The notes beneath the pieces are model-generated. The model was not told the origin of the DNA and made no database searches. It saw nothing but the letters and a program-made list of their open reading frames with translations. The position numbers and the translations under genes are program-made. A stretch of 64,000 nt of DNA from Vairimorpha necatrix (lineage: Eukaryota). Shown here one piece after another: positions 24,111 through 38,711 of this stretch. The stretch covers positions 930,001-994,000 of the forward strand of contig CP142733.1 in the NCBI GenBank assembly GCA_036630325.1. The letters are read 5' to 3'. Each line of letters opens with the position of its first letter. Position 1 is the stretch's first letter.

Positions 24111-26839
24111 GGCATAATTCATACGTCTTACTTGAAAACGATAAATATTATTTTTATGTCATTTATTAAACTATATCATATACATATGTTAAAGCCTGAG
24201 ATATTTATAACATATATGCTCTGGACGCCTATAAACAAACAAAAAAAGCTTTCATAGTAGTAAAATCGTAAAAAAGAGATAATAATGTTTGAATTGTAAA
24301 ACACGATTTATAATTAAATTGAATTAGGGATCTTAATAGAACTTAAAAGGTCTTGTATGTTATTTAAAATAAAAAATATCGTACATTTACAATCATTTCT
24401 TAAATTAAAAATATAAAATTTAAAACCTATCATCTTGGATATGATTGTGATGTATTTATAATTATTTATTTTGCAAAAATTTATTTTAAATATTTTTTAT
24501 AACGAATATTTATGTTAGTATTTTTAAGATGTCTGTTAACAAACATAAAAATGTTCAAAAAATGTAACATACGGGAAATAATCGTAAAAAAAAATAGATT
24601 AATTTAACGATCATCAAATATTGCAAGTATTTAGTCTGTGCGAAATATTAAATAAATTATATATAGATTCGTATATTTTATTTCAAATCTTATTTGTTAT
24701 TTTAACAACTTTGACAATAAGCAAAATTTTTACTTATCTACATGTTTAAATAGAACAATTTCATAATAATTAGATACATCAATGGAGATCTGGACCAGGT
24801 CGCTCAAGAAATAAATTAGATTTTTGTTTATCTTGATGTTTGAATTGTAATACACTAGAATACAAATTATGAAGTTATACCACGCTTATTAGCAAAAAAA
24901 AATAAAATAAAATGCGATTTAGTTGTAAGAAACTTTGAATTTAATAAAATGTATAACATAAAATTAAGGTGTACAATACCATTTGGCCTTTGAATGAAAA
25001 AAAAAATCAATTAAGTAAATAATATACTTGTTAAATCTTAAAATATAAAATAAAAATTTCATTAATTTGTAAAGTTTATCTATACAAATGGTAAATTTCA
25101 TAACTATACTTAACTACAAATTACATAATTTTTGTCTACGAGATTAAAAAATCAAACGACTACTTATGAAAAATTCTCATTATATCATTTTATAGAAAAA
25201 AATTTTGGAATCAAAAATAACAAATAAAACCATAAATTTTTCAAATCAACAGCAAAGATGTCTAAATTTTTTTAAAAACAACAGATATAAAAGAGTACAA
25301 ATTGCAGAAGAATAGTCCTATGTAGAGTACATCCAAATTTAGAAATAAAAATCAGTAATTAAAAGACCAAAGTGTTTTACAAAAGTCAGAAAGCTATAAT
25401 GGAATACGAATTAATGATTAAATCCTCAGACTGCAAACCACAAAAACTTTTAAAAAAATAAAGTACAAAAAAATCCTTTCGAAAGAAAATGTTAGACTTT
25501 AAACAAAATTCCTATTTAAAATAACACAAAAGTTAATGAAAAAGGTGGTATTTTGATTCTGAAGGGATTATATAATTATACTATATATATACTTAATTAG
25601 AATTTTAGCGCTGGAAACTTTTTTAAAAAAGTAGTATGAAAAAATACTACCCACATTTAATTTTCCAAATATTTCGTATATGAAATAAGTAACTTAGTTT
25701 GGAACGATTTCGTTCTAATTATCAAGTTTATTCAAAGAACATGTTTTAAATGTATAATAATTATTTAAAAAAAAGATTTTTTAGTATATTACACTCAATT
25801 AAATACACTTGAGGTAACCAAAGGATTTAATTACAAGATAAAAAGAAAATTCGAATCTAAAATTGTTTTGTAAAGAAAAAGCAAATAAATAAAGTACGCT
25901 ATCTAACAATGTATATTAAAACTTTTTTTTAAGCTATGCTTTACAAAATAAAAAACTTATGTTTATATAGTTTTCTAAACGTTTACAAAAAGAACGACAA
26001 GAAGAAATAAAATTTTTCACAGTGACAAAAAAGTCATATAAGATTCTATTTTGATCATAAAAATAAACCATAGCTGTTAAACATATATTAGTAATCGTAT
26101 TTTGTAGAAATAAAGCCCCACAATGGCTAAACACGTTAGATTTATTTTGTTTTTTATTAATTTTCCTAATATAATATTTTCGTCGTTTGACACGATTACA
26201 ATCACTTTATGCCGTTTGAAATAGCAACTAGAACTACTAATTTTTATGTGAATACGATACACATTAACTTGTTTTTTTTTAATTTAATAACACAGTAAAA
26301 AATGCATTTATAGTTGCCCAAAAAAAATAAGTCAAATAACATGCAATTTTCGTAATAAAGTATATTTATAAGTTAAAACTATATTACCTATATTTGAAGT
26401 GTTATTTGTTCCTTATGTCATTATATAATTGTAATTTTTTTTTAAATATTCATTATATAGAGTTCATTCGATAATTATCTTTACTGTATATTAAATGTAT
26501 TGAACAGACACGTCTCGAGTTTATAAATATAAATAGATAATTAAAAAGTTTAAAATTAATCAAAAATCAAAGTTTTTGTAATTACGCGATTTTAAAGACT
26601 TTTTTGATATTTGCACGTCCACATTTTTGCTTCCACTTTCGAAAGTTAGGGTAAAAATAAAAAATTCTATATTTATATGAGGCAAAAAAACATAAAAAAA
26701 AATTCTTTCATCCAATAACCTTAAAATTTCAAATTTATACCATTTCAAATATAAATATAATATTAATAATCTTCCCGTGTGAGCTATCGCAAAATTATTA
26801 GAAAAACATACTGATATTATTTCCGTTTAAAATATAATT

Positions 26840-26878
26840 TTAAGGTTGGCCTTAAAATGGACGTATTGACTTTTGACA
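26840..26878 (+). promoter_or_regulatory. Conserved upstream module TTAAGGTT ... TTGAC (also at 28838, 38581, 41181)
   Basis: The same two motifs, 32-35 bp apart start to start, lie 124-132 bp upstream of four paralog ATGs, while flanking sequence has diverged. Confidence 0.55.
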
Positions 26879-26971
26879 TCAATCGTCTTACAACAAGTTC
26901 TAGTTTAATACCGGACATATAAAAGATCACAAAATTAATAAATTTTATATGTGTAAATTTTTATCCCATAT

Positions 26972-27874
26972 ATGTTTAAATACGTTGTATTGATAGCTTG
27001 CTCAAAACTTGGTCAAGATAAAAAATCTGTCTCGAGTAACAAGCTTAGGAACGCAATAGAAATTAGCGTAAACGAAAGTTTATTAATTCAACCTGGCACT
27101 TCGAATACTGTGATAAATAAAAATTCACAAGCCGGTCCTCATCAAAGTAGGTTATCTGAGTCTCCAGAGCCTTTGGTTTTAAGTCCAGAACCAGCCTACA
27201 TAAACGAGATACTTAATTTTGTTGATCTTATGAGAACAAAATATCTTAATACCAAGACCTTAAATATTCTTGAAATCAGCCCAGAAGATATTGATAAGAG
27301 AATAATTTTTGATAATTTATTTATAATATGGCAAAATGAACAATATGAGGTGTCAAATATTAGAATGAAAAAATTTTCGGATCGAAACTTAAAAAAATAT
27401 AGAAAATATTGTAAGATAATAAATATGTATAGTAATAATTTCAAAAAAATTAACAGGGTGTTTCTTTTTATTATAAAAAAGATAGTGGAAGCTTCTTCTA
27501 TATCAGAAATGGTCAAAAATGCAATAATAGAAAATATAGATCTGATATCGAGTACAATGTCATATTTCGAAAAATTTAAGCCTGGAAAATTACGACATGA
27601 TTTGAACTTTGATTCATTGAATCTAAAATATAAGTTATCTTTAAAAAGATTTCCCTATTTATTTGATTATTTTAATTTTGTGGAGAAATTTATTGTTTTA
27701 TATGAATTGATTATTGACCATCATATATTAGTTTTTCATAACCAATGTATAATGAATCGGGTAGTATACGATATGTCAATAAATTTGACATATGTGTTTG
27801 AAAAACGACAGGTGTTTTTAGAGGCTACACAAAATATCTTAACATTGTTTCAAAGTCTCGAAATTGCAGATTAA
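26972..27874 (+). CDS. Secreted paralog family member
   Basis: CCC-ATAT-ATG start; MFKYVVLIACS; NFVDLMRTKYL and RFPYLFDYFNF blocks. Confidence 0.88.
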   Translation: MFKYVVLIACSKLGQDKKSVSSNKLRNAIEISVNESLLIQPGTSNTVINKNSQAGPHQSRLSESPEPLVLSPEPAYINEILNFVDLMRTKYLNTKTLNILEISPEDIDKRIIFDNLFIIWQNEQYEVSNIRMKKFSDRNLKKYRKYCKIINMYSNNFKKINRVFLFIIKKIVEASSISEMVKNAIIENIDLISSTMSYFEKFKPGKLRHDLNFDSLNLKYKLSLKRFPYLFDYFNFVEKFIVLYELIIDHHILVFHNQCIMNRVVYDMSINLTYVFEKRQVFLEATQNILTLFQSLEIAD

Positions 27875-28961
27875 ATTTTGAATTGATTTTTTTTTTCTAT
27901 TTTTTATATAGCATTTAATTTTTTTTTGCATCAAAATAAATTTTATTGGATATTAATAGAACGAAAGTGTTGTTATAAAACGTTAAAAATTTAATTTGGT
28001 TAGTCTCAACAAAAAAACCCGACATGAAAAAATGTCTAAACACATGGGTATTACATAGTGTATTTTTGAATTGTAAAAGCGCGGTACTAAAATCTTCCTT
28101 AATATTTGAATTATTTCAATCATTATAAAATAATCCAAGACATAATAATTAAGATATAGAACTTAAGTAAAATTTATAATAATCTTAACGTTAAACAAAC
28201 TTTACATATAAATCGTGTATATTGGTAGTTTTTTATATGGTGCAAGTTCTTATAGCATCAAAAGCAGCTAACATAATCGGTTTAAATCTAAAAAAAAATG
28301 GAGAAAAAAAGAAATTTAAACAAACATGTTGACTTTTTCTTTCAAGATTTGAAAAGAGGTAAACCAAACCTTAGAACATTACGAATTACACGTACTTATA
28401 ACTCTTAAAATTGCGCATAAGAAAGAAAGCTTTAAATTTATAGCGTTTTTGTACGTCTATACAATCGACAGTGCTTAAATAGAGATTAATTTAAACTTGT
28501 AAATCTTCCCAATCGCAATTTGCGAAAAAAAACTAAATTTTCCACTTATCAAATGTACAATGCCGTCATATGAAGAAATTTTGTTCAATATAGACAGATT
28601 GTGTGATAATATACATATTTAAGTTTCTTAGATGACCACAGAAAAAAATAACAGATAAATGTTTTTTATATAATAGTTAATGTATGAATTGAGACAAGGG
28701 AAAACAACGAGACCTTTTTGTAGACATACAATTAATTTTGATGCAAAAAAGACATTCAGTTTTCGTAAATAAAATCTTACACATTTTGTAAGTAAAAAAA
28801 CACTTTCTATGAAGAAATTTATTGCGTTAAATTAAATTTAAGGTTGTTTTTAAAAAACTTTTATAAAGTTTTGACAAAAAACCATTATTGCCTTTCTTAC
28901 ATTTTACATTTACTATTTTAACTTTTTTTTTATGTATAAAATGAATTTTTATATCCCATAT

Positions 28962-29864
28962 ATGTTTCGTTATATATTTTTAATAATCGGTTCTGAACTC
29001 GGCCAAAATAAACGTATAGCAACAATTTACGAACATATTCTTCCAGATGGTTCCAATGTTAACATTAGTTATGTACATTTATGTCATGCATCAAATGCAA
29101 TGGAAAATGAAAACGAAAATATATTCGCAAATCAAAGAGAGTATTCTGACTCATCGGGGCCTCAAGTTCTAAATTCCGAGCCTACTTATATAGATGATAT
29201 CATAAACTTTGTTAAACTCATGAGAACAGTATACCTATATGATAATACATTCACCGTAAATGAAAATGTGGCAGAAAAATATGATAAGGCGGAAATATTC
29301 AATAATTTATTTACCGTGTGGGAAAGTGAATATCACGAGACTTCAGATAAAAAAATTGAAAAATTTTCAGAACAAAATAAAAAAAAATACAGAAGAAATG
29401 GTATAATAATTAGTAACTATAGTACTAATTTTAAAAAAATTAATAATTGGTTTTTACCCACAATTAAAATCGAGATTCAAAATTCTACAATACAAGCAGA
29501 ATCTAAAAGGGCAATTATAGATAAGATTGATAATATTTCTCGTGTGATGTCTTATTTTGCTAAACTAAAACCTCTATATCTGAGGTATCAATATAATTGC
29601 AATCAAATAAAGCTAAAACATAAGTTATGTTTAGAAAGATTTTCTTATCTATTTGATTATTTTAATTTGTGCGAAAGATTTATCGAATTATATGAACTAA
29701 TCATTGAGCAATATATAATAGTTCTTCCTCATCAATATAAAATGAACCGAACGTTATTTGAAATGTCAAAACATTTGAATTACGTTTTTAAAAAAAGACA
29801 TTGTTTTTTAACGGCAACGCAAGAAATTTTATTATTGTTTCAAGACCATGAAGCTTCAAATTAA
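28962..29864 (+). CDS. Secreted paralog family member
   Basis: CCC-ATAT-ATG at 28962 (ORF track starts at 28932); MFRYIFLIIGS; family blocks present. Confidence 0.88.
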   Translation: MFRYIFLIIGSELGQNKRIATIYEHILPDGSNVNISYVHLCHASNAMENENENIFANQREYSDSSGPQVLNSEPTYIDDIINFVKLMRTVYLYDNTFTVNENVAEKYDKAEIFNNLFTVWESEYHETSDKKIEKFSEQNKKKYRRNGIIISNYSTNFKKINNWFLPTIKIEIQNSTIQAESKRAIIDKIDNISRVMSYFAKLKPLYLRYQYNCNQIKLKHKLCLERFSYLFDYFNLCERFIELYELIIEQYIIVLPHQYKMNRTLFEMSKHLNYVFKKRHCFLTATQEILLLFQDHEASN

Positions 29865-31114
29865 GGATTTTAGTATAGTTTCTACATATTTAACAATTAA
29901 AATAACATATGTAGTCTGTTTTGCATTAAAATTGATCTTTTTTCTCGTAAGTAAAAGTCATAGATTACTTCTCTAAAAAATTAAAATTAAACTTATTTTT
30001 ATAAGTCAAATTTTTGATGTAAATTATATTTTGTATGTAAAAAATCGATTTATAATAAGAATTTCTTAATCGTCTTATTATCAACTCTCCACTAAATTTT
30101 AGCATCATATTTTTCTATAATTGTTATAGTTCTTCTTATATTTTTTATAATTATATAACACTATGAAAAAATGTTGATTTTATTTTTAAAGCAAAGGCTT
30201 TAGCTAGTCATCAGCATACAAAATTTTTTTAATTTTAAACCTCGTTTTTTCTTGTAGTCGAAATCGTTTAAGATACTTATATAAGTTTATTTTTCAATTA
30301 AATAAGAAATTTCATTTTATTTTACGAATTTAAGATTTCGTATACTATGTGCTAAGATAAAAATTTTTCTTGCAAAATTATCCTATGGGTATATTGGAAT
30401 TGATTATATACTAAGGTGTCGCTTATATTGATGTATTTATATTAAAATTTTGAATTTTGAGTATTATTTTTGCTTTAAACTTTGTCGTTATAGTGACATT
30501 ATCTAATATTAACCATTCCTTCAATAATTATTTTTCCTCTGTTCACTTACACCTCATAATAATTTTCTTTATCAACTTGCTCTTGTATCTTGTTCTTAAA
30601 ATTTAGACTCTAAACTCCTCTCCTGCTCATTAAACTCGATGCATGCTTCTAAGAAAAGTCAATTATCAGTTTTCTGATTTATTTTATTTGTGATGCTTAT
30701 TCCACACTCAGTCCTATGCCATCATATCATAAGCAATTTCCTTCAAAAATTATGTTAGGTCTAGTTACTATTAGAAAGAATACAAATCATGATATTTTCA
30801 TCTTTTCTTATGTGCATCATTCCTAATTTTTATACCAATTTCTCTGATAATATTTCGCATTTTTTCTTGTCAAATAAAATAGTAGTCTTATTTTTTGATT
30901 AATGCTTTGTAAGCATTCTCATCCCACTCTTATTTCAACTTAGTAGATTCTATCATATAACGTACCGACGTTGACGTATATTCTGATTAATTTAAACCAT
31001 ATTAATACATAATAAGAAATAAATATATCTAATATCGTAGTGTCTTTTCAAATAAACACGAACATATTGGATTTCATTAAAAGCTGCTTAATCTAGAGTC
31101 TTTTGAATATTTGA

Positions 31115-32917
31115 TGTCACAGTTAGTTGGTGGAACCAGTTAGTAGAGGGAACCCTAAAAAAATTTATAAAAAAAAGACCCCCCCCCCGTGGGAATCGAA
31201 CTTGGGACTTCTCGAAGGAATACAATCACAATGAACGACTTTTTTGAGACGGTTCTAAATTTGTCCTAATAATATTATGGGGTATATTTCGAGTAATTTT
31301 ATATAAATTTGGAGGGAAAAGAAATAAAAAAATAAAATAAACAACTTTTTTAAAAATTTATTCGTTATCAAGCAATCTTAGATCTCTAGTGTAAATTTAT
31401 TCTATAATAAGCAATGGATCAGCCTCTTTAGATAATTTTACTTTATTAAATTGAAGTATATTTATTACAATATATACATCGACATTTAAATATTCGTATA
31501 GAGGAAGCCTTCTTGTTTTTTGTTATTGTCTAAATATGGTCTTATAAGAACCCTATCTCCCAATTTATATTCATAGAAGTCATTTCTCCACATACTTCTT
31601 TCAATCATTCTATTAGCAGCATTTTGAGTATTAAACCGTGCAGATTCGTGGTAAATTTCATTTAAAAAAAGATTTTCATTGTTTAAAGCATATAGTTCTT
31701 CGTAATTTACGACGTTATTTTCTTCAAAAACAAATTCTTCTTTTCGTTCTTCTTCCTCATTTTTAACTTCGTTGTTATTTGCAACCGAATCTATTATATC
31801 AGTGATTCTAGATTCTTGCATAATGTCTTTAATGGGCTTACCAAACATTAAACTGAATAGAGTTTGTTTAGTTGTTGAATGCCTTAAGTTGTTATATGCC
31901 CAAGTAACTTTTTGGCGTACTATGGACCATTGCCCTAAGATATTCTTCGACCTCAGAGTAGATGCAATCATCCATTTTATTGTTTGATTGCATCGTTCTA
32001 TCTGTCCTTGTATCCAAGAACATCTAGCTCTTCCTCTTACATGTCTTATTTCATACTTTACACATAAATTCACGATATATTGATTAACAAATTCTCTACC
32101 GTTGTCGGTATGAAGTATAAAACAAGATCCAAACGTATTGAATAGTGTTTCAAAGGCATCACGCACACTAATGCCAGTTTTGTCACGCAATGGAACCGTC
32201 CAACAGAACTTGGTAAATGAATCCACTACGTTAAGTAACCATTTATATCCATCATTGAGTTCGTGATACAATCGAAGATTAATCAAATCAGCAATATACC
32301 TTTCTCTAGAATATTTTGAAATGATTGGTCTAATAACTGGTCTAGTTATTAGATTTCTTCTTGCTTGACAATATCACAACTTTTCAAAACTCTCAGTACT
32401 TCGTTTTGAGTAACGTCGTATACTTTTGATTGTAACAATGGATACAATCTGTCACGCCCAGGATGTCCATTAGAAACATAAATCAGTTTGATGAAATCCG
32501 ATTTGAAACGCTGCTCATTGGTTGTAAAGAATCTCAATGATTTATATTGATCTACTTTAAACCTCACAGTTAGTTCAAAATTTCCATTGTTGTTTTCTTC
32601 AAACAACATGAAACGTTCAGCTTTTCCTTTAAAATTTTTACGATCAACTTTGTCCAACAACGTTGGTGGCAGCTGACCATATAATAAAAAATTGTAAACT
32701 TCTTGTCTTTTATCATTGTTCATTTTTATTTTCAAACCCCACAAAACAAAAAATTATTTACTATAAATTGAAGGATAATTTTACTGTAATTTCTTAATAA
32801 TATTTTTTTTCCTTTCTAAGTAAATTTTGTTCTTCTTCGAGAGGTCCTGGGTTCGATCCCACAGAGCTCGTTTTTAGGGTTCTCTCTACTAACTGGTTCC
32901 CTCTACTAACTGCGACA
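31115..32917 (-). mobile_element. Ginger2/TDD-like DNA transposon (retroviral-type integrase, TIRs, no RT), frameshifted
   Basis: TGT...ACA termini and 5-bp TSD TTTGA (31110-31114, 32918-32922). TIRs of ~90-105 bp contain a tandem CAGTTAGTAGAGGGAAC-type unit. Zn-binding GHPGRD...C remnant and rve core (ADL, VDSFTKF, HTDNGREF, QGQIERCN) lie in ORFs 32349-32744 and 31486-32286. Confidence 0.88.
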
Positions 32918-33329
32918 TTTGATATTGCCTTGTATATTAAAATTGATTCATCTTGATATTTTAAAAACTAAAAATTTATTCGTAACTAATATAATTGTGG
33001 ACTCAGACTAACATGGTAGAAGATTAATTGTTCTTAGATCATAATTTGCATTAACTAAAAGAAGGCCCGTTTTTATATATTTACGTATATTTTATAGATT
33101 AATTCTTGTAAACTCGGTTGCAAAATTAGTTTTTATTCTTTTAAAATTTTTTAACCTTTTCCTAAAAAAAGCAAAAAAAAATTAATTATCTAAAATGTGC
33201 ATTTTAACAAAAATATAATTTATTTATTAAAGCTATTATTGAAAGTAATTTTTTCAATGTACACGCACTGCCGCGTACTCTATCTGATCACACCACCTTC
33301 TGGCTACCTCTACTATGTTCTTGTTCCAG

Positions 33330-33570
33330 ATCCTTCTTCGTCTAGCCTCTGCCGGTGTTCATAGGAGATGCAAAACAGGCCTTCTTTATAATTCTCATTT
33401 GGATGTAAGCGTCGGTACTAGCCCATAGGCCGATGGCATTAAAATAATTGCTGTGGTATCGGCCACGATTCCCTCCCATGTTATGACCTATGGACTTATT
33501 TGAACTTTGAATCTGTACATTCGATACAATTCATTTGCTTAGATAACGTACTTTCTGAATTTTAGTTCTA
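33330..33570 (-). mobile_element. Degraded non-LTR retrotransposon 3' fragment
   Basis: Minus strand reads KFRKY..ANELYRMYRFKVQISP.VITWEGIV, matching the LANHVASLYKYKPKIIPYVMKWDGIV region at 11.7 kb. Confidence 0.6.
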
Positions 33571-33589
33571 ATTTTTGTAATTAGTATTA

Positions 33590-34725
33590 AAGGGGTTGCA
33601 TTACTATATTCTTATGTTTCCATTTCTTTTCTCATGTTTGCATTTCTATATTCCTATAAAAATTTGAATTTTTTTATTCCCTTAATGGTAAGAAAAGAAA
33701 GAAAAACAATAGCTAAAGAATTAAAAAATATCGTTTAGAGCTGGCAAAAGATGAAAACGATCCATAATGAAATTTGACTTTGGTTATTTACATCGTAAAA
33801 CCGTTGCATCTATTTTTACGAAACTAACACAATCAACCAACAAGGTCTATACGGCGGTTGAGTCAAACCGAAATGCTTTCGATTACAGACCGGGGTATTA
33901 AAAACATATTTGATTGTGCAAACGATATGACTTTACAGGAAATTTCTAACAAGTTAAATTTACGAACAAATGTAAATTTGTCCATATCTTCAATATCGAG
34001 AAAACTCAAAAAACTCGGCATAACAAGAAAACGGCTCTCTTTGATTCTTGATGAAGTAATTCACTGGACAAAATAAATCAAAGAAGTATCTATGCCTCCT
34101 AGATTAGTAGGTACGTTTCCGAAAACCTAGTTTATCTTGATGAAACAGGGTTCAATGCCCATACTACGAGTTATGGATATTCAGAAAACTAATACTAAAG
34201 ACTATAAGAATGTGCCTGTGAATCGTGGCCAAAATATAAGCCTCATGTGTGTAATCACAATAAATAGATTATTGGCATTTGAGTATAAACGTAAAGCATA
34301 CAAATTCGAGAGTTTTAAAACATGGTTGAGAAATAATTATCTATGTTCTTTTGGAATAACCCTGGCAAAGTTATTATAATGAATAATGCTAGTTTTCATC
34401 ATTCGAGGGAAGTTTTACAAAAACTAAATAATCTAGGCATTAATCATAAATTTCTGCCTCTTTATTCAACACCACTAAATCCCATAGAAGATTATTTTTT
34501 GATGATTAAAATAAGATTTTCATCTTTTCATTCATTAGAAATTCCAATTAAAACAATTATTGAGAATGTTTTAAGTATAGATTATAGCCGTGAGTGTCCT
34601 GAGTTTTACATAAGCATGTTAGGCTGGCTAGAAAAGGCAGTAGCAATATTAGACTTTATTTAATATACTTTTTATTGTATATTGAAATTTCAAATTTTTA
34701 TGAAAATATATAATGCAAAATCCTG
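33590..34725 (+). mobile_element. Tc1/IS630-family DNA transposon, pseudogenised
   Basis: CCC-ATG at ~33685; HTH-like SISSISRKLKKLGITRK; VYLDETGFN, IIMNNASFHH (D>N) and LPLYSTPLNPIE. TA flanks with imperfect ends AAGGGGTTGCATTA / CAGGATTTTGCATTA (rc). Confidence 0.85.
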
Positions 34726-35072
34726 TATTCATGCGTGCTTTTTCAATATATAATAAAATATAAACAGAAAGACACTTTAAAAATATGGCAGAACCCCCAC
34801 CAGTCAATGTTTCGTTCATATAGGGAAACTGAAATATTAAAAAATATCTTTATACTAAAAATTAATATTTATGTCATATTAATTATAAACCAACAAAATA
34901 TTTCTATTAATTTTTTTTTTTATTTTTTAAACAAAAATTAAATAAAATTGTTTTTTAATAAATTTATACAATTTTGATAATAAGATTTTATTTCTAAAAC
35001 ATCAAAAGATATAATATTTCTAACCTTTTTTTAAAAAATTATTAATGAAATGAAGATTTTTTTAATCCATAA

Positions 35073-35962
35073 ATGTTTCAATATATGCTATTTATATTGA
35101 GCTCAAAACACATTCAAGAATATTATTCTATACCATATTACGAACAAGTGGTCCATTATAATAATAACATTAACACTTCTTATTTAAATCAATTTTATAC
35201 AGCGAATACAATAGAAAATAAACGAACAAGCATTATTTTATCAAAGAGAGGATTCTGTAAAACGTGAGCCTTTAATTCTCAGGCTGGGACCTACTTTTAT
35301 AAATGATATACCAATTTTTGTCACATTAATGAGGACAAAATATCTAAATACTAGCACTTATATTATGCATCAGAATATTTCGGAATATAATTATAATACG
35401 GAAAATTTGATATAATTTATTTTTAATATGGAAAAACGAATATTAAGAGATGGCAGATAGTAAAATAAAAAAATTTTCAACACAAAATTATGTAAAATAT
35501 AGAGCATATTTAAGAATAATTAATATGTTTTATCATGATTTAAGAAAAATAAACGATGTGTTTTTGCAAAAAAAAAGGGCAATAGAAAGTTCTTCTATGC
35601 AAATAATTTCAAAAAGTAAAATAATAGAAAAAATAGATACGATAGCTTGTACGATTTCTTATTATAATGAACTCAAATCCAGAAAATTTTATTATTAATT
35701 ACATTTCAATTTATTAAAACTTATCTATGAGTTATTATTAGAGAGGTTTACATATTTATTTGATTGTTTTAATTTGTGTAAAAAATTAATAATTTATTTG
35801 AATTGATCATTGAGCAAGGCATTAAATTCATCCAAATATCTGTATGATCAACCAAACATTGTATAATATGTCAATAAATTTGACAAATGTGTTCAAAAAA
35901 AACATGTTTTTTTATCGACGATACAAAAAATTTTATTATTGTTTCAAGATATTGAAGCATAA
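35073..35962 (+). pseudogene. Pseudogene of the secreted paralog family
   Basis: MFQYMLFILSS start; LMRTKYLN, IESSS, ERFTYLFD and MSINL remnants across several frameshifts and stops. Confidence 0.85.
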
Positions 35963-38711
35963 AATATATACTATTATTTACAATTAAAATAATAAAATTT
36001 GAATTTGATTTTTTTGCTTTAATTGAACTGCGTTAGTTAAGATAAATAATTTTTACTTTTCTCCTAGAAAAGAAGGACCAAGATAAGGACAAAAAGTAAA
36101 TACCAATTTTTTTGTTTAGTGAGAAAAAAATTTGTAAGATATAAAAATAAACTTTTAACCTGCTTTTAGGCACTAATTATATGTAATTTTACAGAGTAAT
36201 TAAAGATGTAAGAGACCTAAGACTTAAATTGTTATATATTCACGGTTATAATTATAGCATAAATCAAGTTTGTATGACATTCATTCATAAATTCTTAGCG
36301 TCGATATACTAATAGATTCTGCAAAACTATTGCACAATCATTCGTGGGTACATCAAAAGTACAAATTGTTTGTTCAATTTCTTAGATCCCTTATTTTGTT
36401 GTTTTATATTAACTATATCTATGATATTTCTATTGCAAAAAAATAAATATAATGAGAAATTTTTGAAAAAATAAGCTAAAATCTAAAAACACATTGAAAT
36501 CTTTAAATATCTGTCCCTAAGCATTATCTATAATTACATACTATATTACATGTTAAAATTTTTTAAAAGTATCTTGTCAAAAAAATGTTTGAATTTGTCA
36601 CACATGTTCAATAATTATACAATAAATTTAAACATAAAGGAAATGTTGTGTAAAAATAGATTTTTGGTGATGTAAGTAGTATTGGATAATAATCAATTGC
36701 TCCCGCCTGTACCTTTCAAGTAAAATTAGACATTACGCGGTTCAAGTGAGCAGTTTGACATTTAGAACGCCTTTATATGTAACTTTTTTTTACACACATT
36801 TTTTGAGATATATTTTTCAATATTAATTTTATATGATGCTTAAAATTTTTCAAGTCTTATAGATGGTTATTTGGTATTGTTAAAAGAAAAAAATAAAAAT
36901 TAATAATGTACTAGGTAATTTACGAACTCGAGATAGCCCGAAATAAAGGTTCAAATTTCAAATAACCGAATTTTAATTTTTTTTTAGTTAAGTCATCTTA
37001 AAATACAAAATTCTGGTCATATATTGTTAAGAAAATCGTTAAAATTATGAGTCTATAATACGAAAAAATTTGCATAGTTAAGAGACACCGCGTTTAAAAT
37101 ATCAATATAGTGGTTGTTGCGTTTGATGTTTCGCAAAGAACACCATAAGTGTAATTAGAAGTAAACAAATAAAAGGGTGAAAAACGTAAGTAACTATGAA
37201 GACTCCATTTAAAAAAGCTCTCTGAACAAATACGAAATATAAAAACTTCTGTATCGTCATTCAGTGATTAATATTTGATTGGTACACATTATTGTAGATT
37301 ATGAGGTATCCATAAAAATTAATTGAGGCTTGATCCATTATAAGCGCAGTACTATAAAGTACTAAGTTAGCAAAACCATGCCCAATCTAGTAGAATTTTA
37401 ACTTATTTTTTGTATTATATGTAAAAAATTTCATGTGTAGATGACCAAAATCGATAGTAAATTTTTTAACAATAAGTCTGAAATAAACTTTAGCATTTAT
37501 ATTACATTTAGACATAAATAATACAAAGAGCAAAACTTTATTGTATCAATTATGTGAGCATCAAGTCCAAGTAACACAAATTCTCATATAAACTGCTTTC
37601 TAATATTATGATTTTTTTATTACAATCGTCATCTTAGGTATCTGATGGTTTTTATTATTTTTAGCCGTGTTTTTTATAGAGTTAAATCAAAAAAACGAGA
37701 CGGTGGTATATTCCGTACTTAATTGACATATTACACATGAATGGAAAATTTTTATAAAGTTACAGCTTTTAACCTTTCTTATTTCACTGATTTATTTAAA
37801 ACTTTCTTTAATTTATTTTTCAATGTTCTAATATAAAAATTCTTAACACCATTAATAAAAATTATTTAAAGGTAGAAACTTGATATAAAAGATATTGTGT
37901 AAGAAAAAACAATAATGAATTGATTTTAATGTTTTTTATAAGAATAAAAGTATTTATGGAGTTGATATTGCATTGGATTTACTATTGAAAGCGACTTATG
38001 TGGTTATAGAATTTTTTTGTGCCGTAAAAAAATATCTATTAAAGGAAAACTAACTGTGTACATTATAAAAAACGTTAATTAGTAAATCATTAAAATTTTA
38101 AACATGTCTACCAAAAATTGAATATTTAGCTTAGAAAAAAAAATATAAATTCATATTTATTTTTGAATATATGTATCACACATGTTAAAAAAATTTTTTT
38201 TTTGTCAAAATTATTTTATATTTGTCAAATTAGATTTAAACTGAACAGTTTTTAAGTATAACTTTTATTTTTTTATCCAAATTCTAGCTATTTGACAAAA
38301 GAGAATGGGTTAAAATTATGTTTTCTATATATTTAAGTGGTAAGCTAAATAATAACGTTGCTTTTAACTTACATAAAATTCATACTATATTATTGATTTT
38401 ATATGCAGAAAAGTCACGAAAAAATGTTTCGTCCTTAAAATGTTATCTTAGCGTGGAAAATATAACGCCCTTGTTTTAATGTATTATTTATTAGCGAAAA
38501 AATATATAAGCATAACATAAAGAAAATCTTTTTGTTGCGTCATATTCGAAGTATAGTAGATTTGTTGTGTAAAACCAAAATTAAGGTTATTTTAAAAAAG
38601 GTATATCAAATATTGACCATTCATTTCATTTTTGCGGTATAAAAAAATATAACAGTAAAAATTTATCGTTTTTATTTTCTATAAATATATAGTTATTTAT
38701 TTTGCCCATAT

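Noticed and set aside
27150..27200. PLVLS, PLILE and PQVLN as CtBP motifs in the 27-42 kb sub-clade
   Set aside because: They lack the D/E/N/S at position 3 of the PxDLS consensus, so they were not counted as motif hits.
30540..30960. Purine-rich minus-strand stretch resembling a decayed gag
   Set aside because: Many stops and no diagnostic motif or LTR/PBS.
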